Below are positions 62,235-64,000 of a stretch of 64,000 nt of DNA, in pieces (within the stretch, counting starts at the first letter, position 1; every line of letters starts with the position of its first letter). A program made the translations under genes and the position numbers. The DNA lies in NCBI RefSeq assembly GCF_004353825.1, contig NZ_SMNA01000003.1, positions 372,001 through 436,000 of the forward strand. The letters are read 5' to 3'. The notes beneath the pieces are model-generated. The model made no database searches. It was not told the DNA's origin and was given only the letters and a program-made list of their open reading frames with translations. The DNA comes from Occultella glacieicola (lineage in GTDB: Bacteria > Actinomycetota > Actinomycetes > Actinomycetales > Beutenbergiaceae).

Positions 62235-64000
62235 TCAGCTCCCTGCCCGGTCCAGGCTACGCGTCCGCGCAGCGCTGATCGGGTTCGCATCGGCGACGAG
62301 CGATTCGAACCGGTGGTTGGCGATCTTGGCGATCTCGATGATCGCCGCGGCGTGTTCCTGGGCGTCGGAGTTCGAGAGGCGTTCCCAGCCGGATGCGAGG
62401 ACTCGTTCCCGGGCGCCGAGATCACGCACGCACGCGATCAGCGGGACCCCGAAGCGGTCCCGGTAGGCGGTCGTGAGCCGGGTGAACTCGTCCTGGGAGT
62501 CCTCGTCGAGCCGGGTCAGGCCCACCTCGGACTGCTCCGCGGCCGAGCTCTGGCCGGCGTCCTCGCCGAGTCCACCGAGGTCCGGGTAGGCCTGCATGAG
62601 CTCGCGCTGCTCCTCGGGCCGGCCGGCGAACAGGGCCTCCTGCAGCGCCATCCGTAGGGACTGGGTGTCGCGGAACGGGCGCCGGTCGTACGCGCGCTGC
62701 GCCACCCAGTCCGCGCCCTGGACGAGCGGGGCGAACGTGGCGACGAAATCGGCGCGGCCCATGTCGTTGACCTGTCCGAGGCGGATCGAGTCGACCCCGG
62801 GCCGGCCGGCGACGGCCGGACCACGGCCCCGGCCGAGGTGGTGGAACACCAGGTTCAACCCGATCGCGGTGATGCTGCCGAGGGTGATGCCGCTGCCGAA
62901 GATGATCTCCGCCCAGGGCGGCACCGCCTGCGCGAGCGTGGGCTGGGCCGTGACCAGCATGGCCAGCCCGATGCTGGTCCCGACGATGACGATGTTGCGG
63001 TGGTCGTTGAAGTCCACCCTGGTGAGGGTCTGGATGCCCACCACCGCGACGGTCGCGAACATGGCCAGCGCGGCCCCGCCGAGCACCGGGTGCGGGATTC
63101 CGGCCACCACGGCACCCGCCTTCGGCAGCAGCCCGAGCCCGATCATGATCAGCCCGGCGGCCGCGACCACGTACCGGCTCTTCACCCGGGTCAACCGGAC
63201 CAGGCCGACGTTCTCGGCGAAGCACGTGTAGGGAAAGGAGTTCAGCACCCCACCGAGGGTCGTGGCCAGGCCGTCCGCGCGCAGGGCCCGGGCGATGTCA
63301 CCCTTCGCGATCCGCTTGTCCACGATCTCCCCGGTGGCGAACACGTCGCCGGTGGTCTCCACGGCCGTGATCAGCATGACGACGATCATCGAGATGATCG
63401 CGGCGGCACTGAACTGCGGCCACCCGAAGTAGAACGGGGTGGTCACCCCGACCCAGGCGGACTCGGCGACCCCGCCGAAGTGGGCGTCCCCGAACGCCCA
63501 GGCCACCAGGGTGCCGGCCACGAGTCCCACGAGCACGGCCACGGTCGCCATGAAGCCCTTGAAGATCCGCTGGATCGCCACGATCAGGGCGAGGGTGCCG
63601 AGCGCGTAGGCGAGGTTGCGCGGATCGGTGGGGTCACCGCCGGCGCCGCCGACCGCGTCCTGGGCCGCGACCGGCAGCAGCGCGATGCCGATGATCAGGA
63701 TCACGGTGCCGGTCACGACCGGCGGGAAGAACCGGATCAGGCGTGCGAAGAACGGAGCGATGAGGAACGTGAACAGCCCGGCCACGATGACGGCACCGTA
63801 GATCACCAGGAGGCCGTCGGTGCCGCCCCCCGCGGCGAGGCCGATCGCGATCATCGGGCTCACCGCCGTGAACGTCACCCCCTGGAGCAGCGGTAGCCGG
63901 ACGCCGATCTTCCAGAACCCGATCGACTGGATGATCGAGGCGATCCCGCAGGTGAACAGGTCCGCGTTGATGAGGTGGATCAGTTCACGCTCGTTCAGGC
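62235..64000 (-). CDS. NCS2 uric acid/xanthine permease fused to a C-terminal OHCU-decarboxylase-like domain (5' end outside the window)
   Basis: NADLFTCG, FPPVVTG, ETTGD, ENVGLVRLT signature; tail YPDLG, S.AEQ..GL, YRDRFG.P, EIAKIA..R; frame open to the window edge. Confidence 0.9.
   Translation of the reverse strand, partial: LNERELIHLINADLFTCGIASIIQSIGFWKIGVRLPLLQGVTFTAVSPMIAIGLAAGGGTDGLLVIYGAVIVAGLFTFLIAPFFARLIRFFPPVVTGTVILIIGIALLPVAAQDAVGGAGGDPTDPRNLAYALGTLALIVAIQRIFKGFMATVAVLVGLVAGTLVAWAFGDAHFGGVAESAWVGVTTPFYFGWPQFSAAAIISMIVVMLITAVETTGDVFATGEIVDKRIAKGDIARALRADGLATTLGGVLNSFPYTCFAENVGLVRLTRVKSRYVVAAAGLIMIGLGLLPKAGAVVAGIPHPVLGGAALAMFATVAVVGIQTLTRVDFNDHRNIVIVGTSIGLAMLVTAQPTLAQAVPPWAEIIFGSGITLGSITAIGLNLVFHHLGRGRGPAVAGRPGVDSIRLGQVNDMGRADFVATFAPLVQGADWVAQRAYDRRPFRDTQSLRMALQEALFAGRPEEQRELMQAYPDLGGLGEDAGQSSAAEQSEVGLTRLDEDSQDEFTRLTTAYRDRFGVPLIACVRDLGARERVLASGWERLSNSDAQEHAAAIIEIAKIANHRFESLVADANPISAARTRSLDRAGS

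Overview
High-GC actinobacterial chromosome segment; gene content suggests Micrococcales (inference only). Core genes: a catalytically gutted argS-like gene heading lysA-hom-thrC-thrB, tRNA-Arg(CCG), an M23 peptidase, two CNNM/hemolysin-family genes, a two-component system, kgd, amino-acid symporters (including an uncalled 48-aa NSS small subunit), bL37, sigR/sigH-rsrA, aroA-rsgA, hisN, a SAF/ATPase/HTH trio and a purine-catabolism locus. About 19.5 kb between rsgA and hisN looks accessory. It holds an AbiEi/DUF559-like nuclease gene bracketed by two palindrome clusters of identical geometry, sdhCAB, a sugar uptake/oxidative-catabolism cluster, and a candidate metalloprotease effector/inhibitor pair. 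A fitA/vapC toxin-antitoxin pair follows hisN. I found no integrase, transposase, CRISPR array or rRNA. The most striking unexplained structure is the palindrome-flanked nuclease cassette at 32385-33627. All family calls come from motif recognition by eye, not database searches.
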